From NCBI GenBank assembly GCA_044870765.1, contig JBIOZG010000012.1, positions 64,001-128,000 of the forward strand: DNA of 64,000 bases. Reading direction: 5' to 3'. Both the position numbers and the translations under genes were made by a program. Source of the DNA: Nitrososphaeraceae archaeon. GTDB lineage: Archaea > Thermoproteota > Nitrososphaeria > Nitrososphaerales > Nitrososphaeraceae. The notes under the pieces are model-generated. The model had not been told where the DNA came from. It saw nothing but the letters and a program-made list of their open reading frames with translations, and did not search any database. Positions 53,701 to 64,000 of the stretch are shown piece after piece (positions within the stretch are counted from its first letter, which is position 1; each line of letters opens with the position of its first letter).

Positions 53701-54798
53701 TTAAGTAACTATTCTTGACAGCATGTTAGAGGCTAATGCCTCTTTAACTTCCATCGCGATCCTGCGGCCAATGCCAAATGTGTAGCCATGAGAATATTTG
53801 GTATAGGGCGATGTAGTTGCCATGATTGGGTTTCCAGGAACTCTGAGAGACACATCATATACGACTATCTCTAGTTCTGGTGTGACAATACTCTGTAAGG
53901 AAAAAGGTCCAATAATTCCGGGAGGATATTCCTTTCTCACAGCGGCTGTAAATTTATCGCCAAGCTCAAAGACCTTTTCTAGCATAGATTCCCTTATACT
54001 TGCAGGAGTATGGCCTATTTCAATATGTTTTACTTCTGTATCAAATTCCAATTGTTGCCTTGCAGGTATAGCATTCAGATCATTAAGATTAGTCTGAAGC
54101 CTTCTCTCAATGCCTAAGAATTCGGTTTCGGGAGTCAAGGGGGAGGAGAAAAAATTAAAATTAAAATATGTTCCAAGGACAAACTCTTCTATTACAGAAT
54201 TTTCGAGATCTTCGCTAGTGATAATTTTTTCACTTTTTTTCTTTTGAGATTTTGCCCTGTAGTCTTGAATTGAACTGACTATGAAAAAGGCCCTTTCCAG
54301 CTTTCTCGTGGATTCTTGAATTTTTACAATGGCGAGTTTGTCAATTTCGGTGTAATTTTTATAAATCTTTGGGTGAGCTATTTGAGCTTGTTCCAATAAC
54401 AAGTACTGATTCTTAACATAATTTCTTTCTTCTGCGCGAAATAATAGTCTATTTCCAAGTATTGGCAACAATAGATCGTTTTCAATTGAGTCATAACCAA
54501 GATAGGCTGTGAACGCCCTATGTGGTACTATAATACTATTCAATTCCCTGAGTTTATCTTGATTTTCTTTGAAAACCATGTCCGAAAATTTATCTACCAA
54601 AATTATTTTGTCTGCTAACCTCTTGAATCTCACATATGGTAATTCCCTTCCTTTCTGACAAATGCAAACCGTTCTCAATCCTTCGTCCTTTGCACCATCC
54701 ATTATTTCTAGTGCAGAATGACTACCGATTACTGCCATGTGTATATTCTTCAGATCATACTTCTCTATAACGTCAGATATCGCATCAGGATGAATCAT
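53701..54798 (-). CDS. purP: PurP-like paralogue (ATP-grasp)
   Basis: GSHSALEIMDGAKDEG, LERAFF, GPFSLQ, YDVSLRVPG. Confidence 0.85.
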   Translation of the reverse strand: MIHPDAISDVIEKYDLKNIHMAVIGSHSALEIMDGAKDEGLRTVCICQKGRELPYVRFKRLADKIILVDKFSDMVFKENQDKLRELNSIIVPHRAFTAYLGYDSIENDLLLPILGNRLLFRAEERNYVKNQYLLLEQAQIAHPKIYKNYTEIDKLAIVKIQESTRKLERAFFIVSSIQDYRAKSQKKKSEKIITSEDLENSVIEEFVLGTYFNFNFFSSPLTPETEFLGIERRLQTNLNDLNAIPARQQLEFDTEVKHIEIGHTPASIRESMLEKVFELGDKFTAAVRKEYPPGIIGPFSLQSIVTPELEIVVYDVSLRVPGNPIMATTSPYTKYSHGYTFGIGRRIAMEVKEALASNMLSRIVT

Positions 54799-54893
54799 GT
54801 TTATGCAAGCAGAAGATTATGTTATAATTAAAATTTTCCAACAAAAGTCAACTAATATTTAATCACTTATTATTGAATGGCGTAAGGCGAGGA

Positions 54894-55211
54894 TTAACTT
54901 TTTTCCTTATTAACAGCACCTTCGATTGCCTTCCTAAGATCATCATCATTCTTATTTGTATAGTCTATTCCTAACGATTCTGCTATCTCTTCGAGTTTTT
55001 CTCGTCCGACCTTATCTTTTCCCCGAATTTGCTCCAGTTCTTTTTTAGCTTCAATTCTTGCCTTTTCATATTCCGCTGTTGCCTTTCCAAAAGACCTTGC
55101 TAATTCAGGAATTTTCTTGACACCGAAAAACAAAACTACGATAATAACTATGATTATTAGAAATTCATATCCAGTTGGCATTTGCAAAATAGCGTTATGG
55201 ATACCATACAT
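54894..55211 (-). CDS. tatA: Twin-arginine translocase TatA
   Basis: TM helix then FFGVKKIPELARSFGKA. Confidence 0.9.
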   Translation of the reverse strand: MYGIHNAILQMPTGYEFLIIIVIIVVLFFGVKKIPELARSFGKATAEYEKARIEAKKELEQIRGKDKVGREKLEEIAESLGIDYTNKNDDDLRKAIEGAVNKEKS

Positions 55212-55698
55212 AAGTACAAGGTAGACATGGTTGAGATTTAAATGTTGATGGTATTTTTTTAATCGCTCATATAATTATTACATCGATCATTTCCATTAAT
55301 TCCCCAAAATACCTAAACTGCGAAGGGCAATTACAAGAATCATAATTACCTTAACTCGATCGAATCTGTTTGCGAGTATTATTATTACATCATTTTTAGG
55401 GTGTTCGATGGGACACCAGGTTATTACTTGATTTCTTACCTGAAGAATATGATAAAAAACAAGCAAGTCAGGTGATCGTATTATTAATTGAATTGGATTT
55501 ATAGCATGAGTTACCCATTCCTTGATACCTCAAATACAAACTCGTTATAGTTACTATGTAATTCATAATGAATAAAAAATCCATTGATACTTGTTATAAA
55601 ACATTTTAATAGAATTTACGATCATTGACATTTGTTAGTAGAATAAATAAAATGATTCAACTTTTATGGATATAACCGACTGCTTTACATAATGATTC

Positions 55699-56058
55699 TT
55701 GGCACTTAAAGAAATATTACTCCCTCAAGAGAACATAATGTTCAGAAGCAAGACGAAGCTCAAATGTACAGAAAAGAAATACCATATCATCGTCACAAAT
55801 CTAAGAATACTACTATATTCAGAAAGAGGACGTTTTTTTAAATCACCAGATGTAATAAGTGAAAGACTCGAGAGCATTTATGGTATAGAATACAATGAAG
55901 AAGGGATGTTCTTCAAAACTTCTAAAATTCGAATACAGGGCGGCATAAGATTTGAAATAAGCGGTCATCTCTCTGATGTAAAACCTGTTTTTAATTTCAT
56001 TCAATCAATAGTAAATAAATCTGAAAATCCACTAATTAGAAGATTGGATGAGTCTTAA
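55699..56058 (+). CDS. Prokaryotic PH-domain-like protein
   Basis: IIVTNLRILLY...G.F pattern. Confidence 0.6.
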   Translation: MALKEILLPQENIMFRSKTKLKCTEKKYHIIVTNLRILLYSERGRFFKSPDVISERLESIYGIEYNEEGMFFKTSKIRIQGGIRFEISGHLSDVKPVFNFIQSIVNKSENPLIRRLDES

Positions 56059-56130
56059 ACTCCTATATACCCCTCTCCCTCGTCCACAGGTAATTCAATA
56101 CTAATTTACTCTACTTCACTGAAAGTACTG

Positions 56131-57078
56131 TTGTGGTATTCTAACAAGGCACCTACAATTGAAAGAACATATTCAAAATCAATAATTCATCATTTCAAGG
56201 TTGGGTCACATCTAGGGTTAACAATAAACCCATATCAAGGATGTCAGCACAGGTGCGGATATTGCTACGCAACGTACAAATGGTCGCCAAATTTTTATGA
56301 CAAGATTTATGGCAAAATAAATGCCGCTGAAATTCTGGAATCTGAATTGAACAGATGGAAAAATACTTCAATGTTACCTGTCATGATATCGTCAGCAACA
56401 GACGCCTATCAATCTGCAGAGGCGAAGTTTGGTATCACAAGGAAAAGTATCCAGGTATTGCAACAGTACCATATTCCATTTTACATTTTCACAAAATCAT
56501 CATTGATCGAACGAGACCTCGACCTGTTTAGTAAATACTCTGATGATTGTTTCATAGTTTGGTCTATAACAACTGTAGATGAAAAATTAAGACGCATCAT
56601 AGAACCAGGAACACCTCCAGCCTCAAGAATTTTTGAGACGATAAATAAGTTTGTTAAGTTTGGGATTAAGTGTTGTGTCAATATTGATCCCATAATTCCA
56701 TTCATTACTGATGGCGAGCAACAAATTAGGAATATTGTCAACAAATGTCAGCAATCAGGCCTAGGAAATATATCTGGATCGGTCCTTCGCCTGAGATATG
56801 ATATTTGGTCTAGAATTAGAGAAGTTTTAGAACTAATTGATTTATCATGGGCGATTAAAGAGTACGAGCAAATATTTGGTTTTCAGGAACCCATTCTACA
56901 TGAGAATAATCTAACTGCAGATGAACGCTATACCGATAAAGTGATGAGCAACCTCAAATATGAGATTTTGAATAGGAATATTGAATTTGGTTTTGAGAAT
57001 CTAATTGCACAAATCTCTAGAATGAAACAAGGATGCCCCGTTTCTTTACAGCAGTGCAGAATAAGCGAATTTCTTTAA
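56131..57078 (+). CDS. SPL/Rv2578c-like radical SAM protein
   Basis: INPYQGCQHRCGYCYA, SSATDAYQ, TKS, IEPGTP. Confidence 0.88.
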   Translation: MWYSNKAPTIERTYSKSIIHHFKVGSHLGLTINPYQGCQHRCGYCYATYKWSPNFYDKIYGKINAAEILESELNRWKNTSMLPVMISSATDAYQSAEAKFGITRKSIQVLQQYHIPFYIFTKSSLIERDLDLFSKYSDDCFIVWSITTVDEKLRRIIEPGTPPASRIFETINKFVKFGIKCCVNIDPIIPFITDGEQQIRNIVNKCQQSGLGNISGSVLRLRYDIWSRIREVLELIDLSWAIKEYEQIFGFQEPILHENNLTADERYTDKVMSNLKYEILNRNIEFGFENLIAQISRMKQGCPVSLQQCRISEFL

Positions 57079-57158
57079 CTAGTTTTCAGTTACAAAATCT
57101 ATCTACAAGATACTTGATTCAAGATATGGACATAATCTGGATAACAAAAAATTTGTAC

Positions 57159-57464
57159 TTAGCCGACTCTCTTCATCTTAGAGCCGCAACGCGGACATGC
57201 AGCTTCTCTATGCTTTGTGCCACAGCTCATACAGTAGTAATTTACCGAGTTACCCGAAAAAGGAGATGACAGAGAACCAAACATTCCCACTCCTGAGCCC
57301 ATTTTATTCATCTTTCTAAATCGCCAGTAATTCCACGAAAGAAATATTCCTATTATAACAATCCAAGAATATGGAAATGGAATAAACATTGCTACTGTTA
57401 TGCTTATGCCTATCGAAATGACAATCCACATTATGCTTTGGGTAAGAAAATCTCTATTTTCCAT
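57159..57464 (-). CDS. Small membrane protein with C-terminal zinc ribbon
   Basis: Two TM helices; CMSC...CPRCGS. Confidence 0.75.
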   Translation of the reverse strand: MENRDFLTQSIMWIVISIGISITVAMFIPFPYSWIVIIGIFLSWNYWRFRKMNKMGSGVGMFGSLSSPFSGNSVNYYCMSCGTKHREAACPRCGSKMKRVG

Positions 57465-57779
57465 GCTTTAATATAATAATTGATGAAACAAGATTATTAA
57501 GGTTAACTATTTAGAAACTCATTTTTATCTACGCATTGCACTTTAACGTATTATTTTTTTGATCTTTATGAAATACTACAATTTTAGACATTCTAATTAT
57601 CGACGCTTTCTCCTAATCTTTTAGGAATTTAACTCCGTCATTGTTAGATATTTCTCGGGTCTTTCCTACGAAAATATATTTTTGCTTTTTACGATCAGAT
57701 TGATATGTATGTTGTGGAGATGTGAGACAAGACAGACAATTTAATGTGGAATGGGTTGAATGTTGAGAAAGGTGCCAAA

Positions 57780-58901
57780 TTATCTAACAACGAGTTTAAA
57801 GACGTTGGTAAGCCTGCGCCATCTATAAAACTTCTTCCAAATCAATATTCCCGCGTAAGCCGAGACAAATGATACCGGCATCAAAATTGGTATAATGAAT
57901 TTCCAGAAAAGCTGATCAAAAATCGTTACGCTTTCAAATGTAATTAGATCAATTCCAAAGTAGGCTTTGAACATATTCACCGACCATGGGAAATACAAAG
58001 TGATGAAGGAAAAAGAAATGGCAATTGAAAAGACTATACGTAAGAAGTCTTTAGATGGGCGAACGGCGAGTACTTTGTTATTATTTTTGGTATAAGTTGC
58101 AATGATGTCTAATAACAAGGGAACTAGTATGTTTAGAAGATAAAGAGGAAATAGACCTGCAAAGTAAACATTGGAAATAATTGTAGAAGATGACTGTAAT
58201 GTCATTAAGGTTGCGGCTACAACAGTCATTCGAAAAGGAAAGGAAATGCCCTGCACTGAATAGAAAATAATGGCCGTGAATACAGCAGGCAAGGTTGATC
58301 CCAGGACCAACGCTATTGTAGGAGAGGGATTAAAATCAAAGTATTGACCTTCAGAAAAGGGAAGCGTGAACATGAAAACAAAATTGACTAGGACCATCCA
58401 AAGAATTCCAAATGTGATCAATTCAGAAGCTAACCTGAATTTGGTTTTAAAGTCAGACAAATGTGTACCTATCAGTGCACCAATTATCGAAAGCAACATT
58501 CCACTAATCAGCATTAAATGTGGCGGACTAAGGAGGCCGTCAAATCCAAAATTAGAGTGCCACCAATTATCAAATTGACCTGAGAATACTTCAACCAGAG
58601 ATCCCAAGATAATTAGCTTTAATGGAGTAGGAATTCTGTGGTGGATCGAAAAAATTGATCCAGTTGAGTGATTACCATGTTTTATTGAAAATATTATCCC
58701 TGCAAAAGTGGATACTAAAGATAAACCAACACCAGAGTACAATACTGTATGTGGTGGAGTAAAGAAAGATTCTACATTTACAACGCCATGCCAAATAATA
58801 TCCCAATTTGCGGCGCCCACTTGAAGGGCCACGCCTATCGAGACGAGAAAATAAATCCAAAGCAAACTGTGCGATGATAATTCTTCCTTCGTATAGTTCA
58901 A
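57780..58901 (-). CDS. Polytopic membrane protein with two AmoC/PmoC-like DxxxH-x12-H motifs
   Basis: D34-IIW-H38...FTPPH51 and D111-NWW-H115...SPPH128. Confidence 0.75.
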   Translation of the reverse strand: MNYTKEELSSHSLLWIYFLVSIGVALQVGAANWDIIWHGVVNVESFFTPPHTVLYSGVGLSLVSTFAGIIFSIKHGNHSTGSIFSIHHRIPTPLKLIILGSLVEVFSGQFDNWWHSNFGFDGLLSPPHLMLISGMLLSIIGALIGTHLSDFKTKFRLASELITFGILWMVLVNFVFMFTLPFSEGQYFDFNPSPTIALVLGSTLPAVFTAIIFYSVQGISFPFRMTVVAATLMTLQSSSTIISNVYFAGLFPLYLLNILVPLLLDIIATYTKNNNKVLAVRPSKDFLRIVFSIAISFSFITLYFPWSVNMFKAYFGIDLITFESVTIFDQLFWKFIIPILMPVSFVSAYAGILIWKKFYRWRRLTNVFKLVVR

Positions 58902-59028
58902 AATACAGAGTACCCTAGCCTTCGCACAAATTTATTCTTATCAGAGAATAATCATTTGATTTTGTTTTTATATGACTCTATAATCTTATACGACTGGTTA
59001 GTCAAATAGTACAAAGGGGATATTTAGT

Positions 59029-59334
59029 ATGGATTTTTTTGAAATGGAAAAAGTACTTGAAGAGCTTGTACGTACTTTCGCGTCTCCAAGTGCAACAACC
59101 TGGTTTAAAGTAACTGGTGACAAGAGACCAACACTTGATGAATACAGAATGAAAGTAGCAGAATTTATGAACTTGTTTGAGTCTGCTCTGTCATCTGGAT
59201 TTCAAAGCGACCCAAATTCCAATGATATCTTAAATTTTATCAAAAAAGGTGTACAAAACCATACCACTTTTGTTTTATCCGGCAAAAATAAAGAAGTCGA
59301 AAAAAGATACAAGTATTACGTAGAGTATGGATAA
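59029..59334 (+). CDS. Hypothetical protein
   Basis: 101-aa ORF with ATG start; no motif recognised. Confidence 0.7.
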   Translation: MDFFEMEKVLEELVRTFASPSATTWFKVTGDKRPTLDEYRMKVAEFMNLFESALSSGFQSDPNSNDILNFIKKGVQNHTTFVLSGKNKEVEKRYKYYVEYG

Positions 59335-59466
59335 AATTAATCTGGTAAGCCTCCATTCACCAATCAAAGTTTTTGGCTCCACGATAAGGCGAATGGGCCT
59401 AGCTAAGAGTCAGGGACAAATTATACGAGATTATTCTAATATGACGTCATCATATTATCGATTGGG

Positions 59467-59673
59467 ATGAATAAGAAACGTTCTGATAAGAGAAAAATTA
59501 CTGGTAAAGAACTGTCATCAGAAGACGAGTTTGTTATAAAGTTAGAAACATTGATAGAGATTTTGGACAGTAAAGGGATTCTAGGCAAAAAAGAATTTGA
59601 AAGAACATTCACAATGCGACTGCATGAAATTTCAAAAGCAAGAGCATTTGAAGATCTGGATGAAGAAATTTAA
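59467..59673 (+). CDS. Hypothetical small protein
   Basis: 68 aa, LETLIEILDSKGIL helical pattern. Confidence 0.65.
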   Translation: MNKKRSDKRKITGKELSSEDEFVIKLETLIEILDSKGILGKKEFERTFTMRLHEISKARAFEDLDEEI

Positions 59674-59790
59674 AATCTATTGCAGCTCGATACGACTTGT
59701 CTTAATTTGGTTTTATTAAACCGATTTGTAGAGTCCTTTCGCTTTGAAAAAATACAAATGTAAAAAAATGAACGATCGTAATTTCTACAA

Positions 59791-60570
59791 TTACACGGCC
59801 TTCATTCTCTTAAAAGAAAAGATCCCAATCAGAGTAATGAGTAGTGTAAACAGTAGCAGTAATTGCAGATCTAATTCAAAAGAGTACGTTCCTAAATGTA
59901 AGATACTATTCCTAATAGCATCTACGGAATAGGTCGCAGGATCTATAAGAGTTATGAAACTAAGCCATGCAGGCAAGTTATCTATTGGATACAATGCACC
60001 GCTGAGGAAGAATAAAGGAAATACAACAAAGCTAACAATTAATTGAAATCCTTCTAGGCTCTCAATATAACTCCCGAAAGTTAGACCCAATGATGTCAAA
60101 CCAAATGAGAGTATCAATGCAATTGATATTATTTGAAGTAATGAAAGTGCGTCATAATTAATTCCTAAAGGAACTCCAATTACCAATATGATAGCCACCT
60201 GAAGAAGCGAAGTCGTCATTCCGCCGAGAGTTTTTCCAACGAATACTGTAGTTCTACTTGATGGCGCTACCATTACACTTTTTAGAAAATCAAATTTCCT
60301 ATCCCAGATTATGTACGAACCAAAAAAAACAGAAGTAAAGATGACGGACATGCAGATGATACCAGGGAAGATAAATTTTTGATAATCTGTTCCTATTTGA
60401 AGGTTCGTTGATCCCAAACCAGATCCAATAACAAATAACCATAACAAAGGAGTGAAAGTGGAAGCGACAAGTCTACTCCTTTCACGTAGGAATACCTTAA
60501 ATTCTCTAAGCCATAAAGCATATAGCTGTCCCAATATTATTTTTAGTTCACGATTTCTTGTACTGAGCAT
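59791..60570 (-). CDS. ABC-2 (DrrB-like) permease
   Basis: FIFPGI, WDRKF, VAP, FLSGALYP, DPATY. Confidence 0.9.
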   Translation of the reverse strand: MLSTRNRELKIILGQLYALWLREFKVFLRERSRLVASTFTPLLWLFVIGSGLGSTNLQIGTDYQKFIFPGIICMSVIFTSVFFGSYIIWDRKFDFLKSVMVAPSSRTTVFVGKTLGGMTTSLLQVAIILVIGVPLGINYDALSLLQIISIALILSFGLTSLGLTFGSYIESLEGFQLIVSFVVFPLFFLSGALYPIDNLPAWLSFITLIDPATYSVDAIRNSILHLGTYSFELDLQLLLLFTLLITLIGIFSFKRMKAV

Positions 60571-61513
60571 ACCTTTGCATAAATCCCCCTTCTGGACTAT
60601 CTCCGGATAAAGAACCGCCAGAAAGTCTCAAGAATACGTCATTTAAAGTTGGTTTCTTATATTCTATCGTTCGAACTCCTTTCAAGTCTTTTATCAGGCT
60701 GTGCATATTTGAATTTACCTCATCCATGTAGACAATCGCAGTGTTTTTCTCAAGCTCTACTTTGTGAACAAAATCGAAACGTGTAAAAGTTTCGGTGGAA
60801 GGAATATCACCAATAAAGTTTATTTTTACAATATCCCCGCCCATTTCCTGTTTTAAATTCGTCGGTGAGTTCAGGGCTATTATTTTTCCATTGCTAATAA
60901 AACCAATTCTATCACAAAGCAAATCTGCCTCTTCCATGTAATGTGTGGTTAAAATGATTGTTACTTTTTCTTCTGTTACTATTTCTTTGATATATGTCCA
61001 CATGCTTTCCCTACTTTGAGGGTCTAATCCGAGGGTGGGTTCATCTAAAAAAAGAACTTTTGGGTGATGTAAGAGTCCTCGTGCTATTTCTAATCTTCTT
61101 CTCATGCCTCCAGAATATTTCTTTACCTGGTCGTTTTTTCTACCTTCCAACCCCACTAGTTTTAACACCTCTGAAATTCTTTTCTCCCTAGTCCCACGTG
61201 GTATACCGTAGAGTAGTGCGTGAATCTTTAGATTTTCATATCCTGTAAGGATATCATCACTACTTGGAGCTTGAAATACAACTCCTATACTTTTCCGCAC
61301 TTTAGTGGCATTATGCAGCACGTCATATCCATTGACTACTGCCCCTCCTGTTGTTGGTTTCAGCAGTGTCGCTAATATATGTATGAGAGTAGTCTTGCCT
61401 GCACCATTCGGACCCAACAGTCCAAATATTTCATTTTCATTGACCTCAAAACTTAATCCATTTAACGCATAGAAATCTCCATACTTCTTGACAAGATTTT
61501 TAACGATTATCAA
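60548..61513 (-). CDS. ABC transporter ATP-binding protein (DrrA-like)
   Basis: GPNGAGKTT, YSGGMRRRLEIARGL, LDEPT, TTHYMEEA. Confidence 0.93.
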   Translation of the reverse strand: MIIVKNLVKKYGDFYALNGLSFEVNENEIFGLLGPNGAGKTTLIHILATLLKPTTGGAVVNGYDVLHNATKVRKSIGVVFQAPSSDDILTGYENLKIHALLYGIPRGTREKRISEVLKLVGLEGRKNDQVKKYSGGMRRRLEIARGLLHHPKVLFLDEPTLGLDPQSRESMWTYIKEIVTEEKVTIILTTHYMEEADLLCDRIGFISNGKIIALNSPTNLKQEMGGDIVKINFIGDIPSTETFTRFDFVHKVELEKNTAIVYMDEVNSNMHSLIKDLKGVRTIEYKKPTLNDVFLRLSGGSLSGDSPEGGFMQRYAQYKKS

Positions 61514-62225
61514 TTTGTCTAATCCTCTTTTTGTGCCTCTCGAGAATAACTTTTGTAGTATTATCCATAGTTTGATAAATGGTGTCCATATAATAACTGT
61601 AAGATTCTAATTATAAAGTAGAGTTGGAGTCAGATCCTCAAGGAAAATAATTACTCTTTCTAGCATCTTCAAAGCTTTCAGCGTTTGTTCTGAATATGTC
61701 GTTTTCTGGCATGCCAGGAATGTTCTGATAAGGTAATCGGCAATAATGCTTTTTAATGTACTTCATCCAAGCTTACATGTAATAATTAATTATTATATGT
61801 TTCTAACATCAGGGATACAAAGTGATTTCGAATAAAAATCTACTTATAGATATTGCTGCATTTTAGTGCTCCGCGATTTCATCAGGGTCTAACAGAAATT
61901 CATATAGTTATTTAGTATTACGACAAATTGAATTCAAATAATATTTCTTCTAAACGTATTGTCGCAGCTATAATATTACTATACGCATGTTACTGCATTA
62001 AGAATCACCTATTCAATATTTTATCAGAGTTAAAACACAGCATTAGATAAAAATAGATGATATTCGTTTGATTATTGATATATAGTATTTCTATCTTCAT
62101 TAGGGATAAATGATCTCATTTCCATGTCCAATGTTCTTTTGCGAAAGATCCTTTATTTTCCACCTTTTCAATAGACCCTCTAAATACGAGAAGTATGCCC
62201 AATAGTTAATTTTAATACTGGGAAT

Positions 62226-62660
62226 ATGGTGTTAATTACTGTGTTTTTTAAAAGAAAAAAAGAACTAGCTGAAGTAAAAAGAAAAGTCGTTTTGACAAAA
62301 CACATTACAGACAGTATCATTACTTATGCAAAGTCATGGCATCCCAACGAGGGAATATTGATTTTGCAGGGTAAGAAAGATAAACATGTTATCAATGTAA
62401 CAGGCTTAATTATTCCACCCTTTTCAACTCATGGACCATATTATTCGGGTTTTCCTGTCTATGAACTTCCATTCGATTTATCATATATTGGAACGATTCA
62501 TTCACATCCTAGCGGATCGAACAAGCCATCCTTAGAAGACTTGAATCATTTTTTCGGTCTTGTTTCAATAATAATTTGTTTTCCGTATGAAGCTCAAAAT
62601 ATAGGGGCGTACGATCGTAATGGAAACAGGCTGGATGTTGAAACTGGATACTACCTTTGA
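62226..62660 (+). CDS. JAMM/MPN+ metalloprotease
   Basis: PNEG...IHSHPSGSNKPSLED (HxH-x7-S-x2-D). Confidence 0.9.
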   Translation: MVLITVFFKRKKELAEVKRKVVLTKHITDSIITYAKSWHPNEGILILQGKKDKHVINVTGLIIPPFSTHGPYYSGFPVYELPFDLSYIGTIHSHPSGSNKPSLEDLNHFFGLVSIIICFPYEAQNIGAYDRNGNRLDVETGYYL

Positions 62661-62899
62661 CATATTTTACGACATGTCAAAATCGATTTGGAAATTGAAC
62701 GGAGAATAGAAATTTTGGATTAGAACTAAAAATCAAAGATGCATGGCTGATGAGATCTAGGGTTTGGCGATATATTCTAAGAATTTATTAGCCCATCACG
62801 GAAATCTTTCCAAAGCGGTATACAATACGTGTAACTTAGTTAAGGCACGTTCTTATATCAAGATGAATAAATTTATGGTTAATCTTTTAACACCATCAA

Positions 62900-62945
62900 C
62901 ACTGGTGGGTCGTCCCATTGTCAACTCCACCAACGCCCACCAGTG
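62900..62945. other. GC-rich intergenic hairpin
   Basis: CACTGGTGGG (62900-62909) pairs with CCCACCAGTG (62936-62945), plus inner CGT/ACG. Confidence 0.5.
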
Positions 62946-63117
62946 AACTAATTTTCCAATTTGTTGTGTAACCCGGAGATTCCGACTATTACTACGATTA
63001 GTACGATTATCGCTTTCAGTACAGTCGAATACATGTTGCATTCTCCTATAATTTTTTAAAGCCAATTATCAACCTAAATATATATTTAATTTGATTCATA
63101 TTAAGAAAGTGTAAAAC

Positions 63118-63438
63118 ATGTTGCTTGAACAATTAAGAGATAGGGCATTCTTTCAAAATACTATTGATGTGTGGATAGCCTACTGTGAAGAAAGAGAGAT
63201 TGATTGGTATGATGTCGAAGGATATCGACGTTTCATAAATTATTTGAATTCAAATGGTCTTAAAATGCAAAAATTCCCATTATGTGTTAAAGAGTCAGGA
63301 GGTCTTTATGAGAGAGGGAAAGACAAGACCAAGTTTCTAGACGAATTATCTCACTATTCTGATGATGACTCCTCTGCATATACTCTAAAACTGAGCGGCG
63401 ACGCCATAGATAAGATCCGTAGTTTCAAGAATTCATAA
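63118..63438 (+). CDS. Hypothetical protein
   Basis: 106-aa ORF with ATG start and an upstream TATA-like tract. Confidence 0.7.
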   Translation: MLLEQLRDRAFFQNTIDVWIAYCEEREIDWYDVEGYRRFINYLNSNGLKMQKFPLCVKESGGLYERGKDKTKFLDELSHYSDDDSSAYTLKLSGDAIDKIRSFKNS

Positions 63439-63643
63439 ATGCAAGCTTGGGTACGCTTACAAACATGACAATATCCCAATCCGTTAAACTTTAATTTACG
63501 TTACTATAAACACTGTTACTACGGAGAGTATTTCACCTACACAGTATCTGAATAGATTAAAGTTTCATATATCTATTTTATTATGTATGCTTTGAAAATG
63601 ATGTTTATCCCTCAAGTATTATTTTTTTTAGAATCTATCTTTC

Positions 63644-64000
63644 TTACTTTTCAACCTTAAAGTTTGTCTCCATATTTGAGGTGATGTAACCGGGTGCGCT
63701 GCCATTAACTTTCACTACAAAAATTCCTACTTTTGCATTTTCTGGTATATCTAAAGTCAAGTTTCCTGTGTCATTTTTCATTGTAAATTTCTTTATAATC
63801 TTTTTTGATGAATCTAAAATTTGTCCACTTATTGTTGCATTTTTTATCTTATCATCTGAGTCGGCGTCAAAAAGATCTATCCTTATCAGTTGTTCCTCTC
63901 CTTTGGCAACATGATTTTTATCAATCAAAGTTTGAATTACAATCTTTCTCTGTTTATGATCATTATTATTACTAATATTTTGTCCATTATCCGCAATCTG
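63644..64000 (-). CDS. Partial hypothetical (Ig-like/exported) protein, 5' end outside the window
   Basis: The frame of ORF 63644..63928 stays open to position 64000. Confidence 0.65.
   Translation of the reverse strand, partial: QIADNGQNISNNNDHKQRKIVIQTLIDKNHVAKGEEQLIRIDLFDADSDDKIKNATISGQILDSSKKIIKKFTMKNDTGNLTLDIPENAKVGIFVVKVNGSAPGYITSNMETNFKVEK

Noticed and set aside
61638-61766. 42-codon minus-strand ORF (MKYIKKHYCRLP...) upstream of the ABC ATPase
   Set aside because: No recognisable motif, and a competing open frame overlaps it, so I cannot support it as a gene.

Overview
AT-rich archaeal chromosome segment. Gene content (purP pair, cofG/cofH, Rpo6, eS17, Cgi121, SAMP-like protein, Cdc48, MpgS, SelD-like protein beside sat/cysH) points to an ammonia-oxidising Nitrososphaerota, and the low GC suggests Nitrosocosmicus (inference). 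It holds about 70 mostly housekeeping CDS, with no rRNA, tRNA, CRISPR or mobile element that I can support. The main finding is in carB (carbamoyl-phosphate synthase large subunit), which is interrupted inside its conserved GEAGE|FDYSG motif by a 22-nt element (29867-29888). The element folds into a bulge-helix-bulge (BHB) motif, and removing it at the canonical splicing-endonuclease cut sites restores the frame exactly, so it is a candidate archaeal mRNA intron outside cbf5. carB also has no ATG/GTG/TTG start. Weaker leads are a second BHB-like 14-nt candidate intron in a SWIM-finger gene, an AmoC-like membrane protein with two DxxxH-x12-H motifs, an amber codon at a conserved Trp of chaB, an unlisted small membrane protein and several structured intergenic elements.
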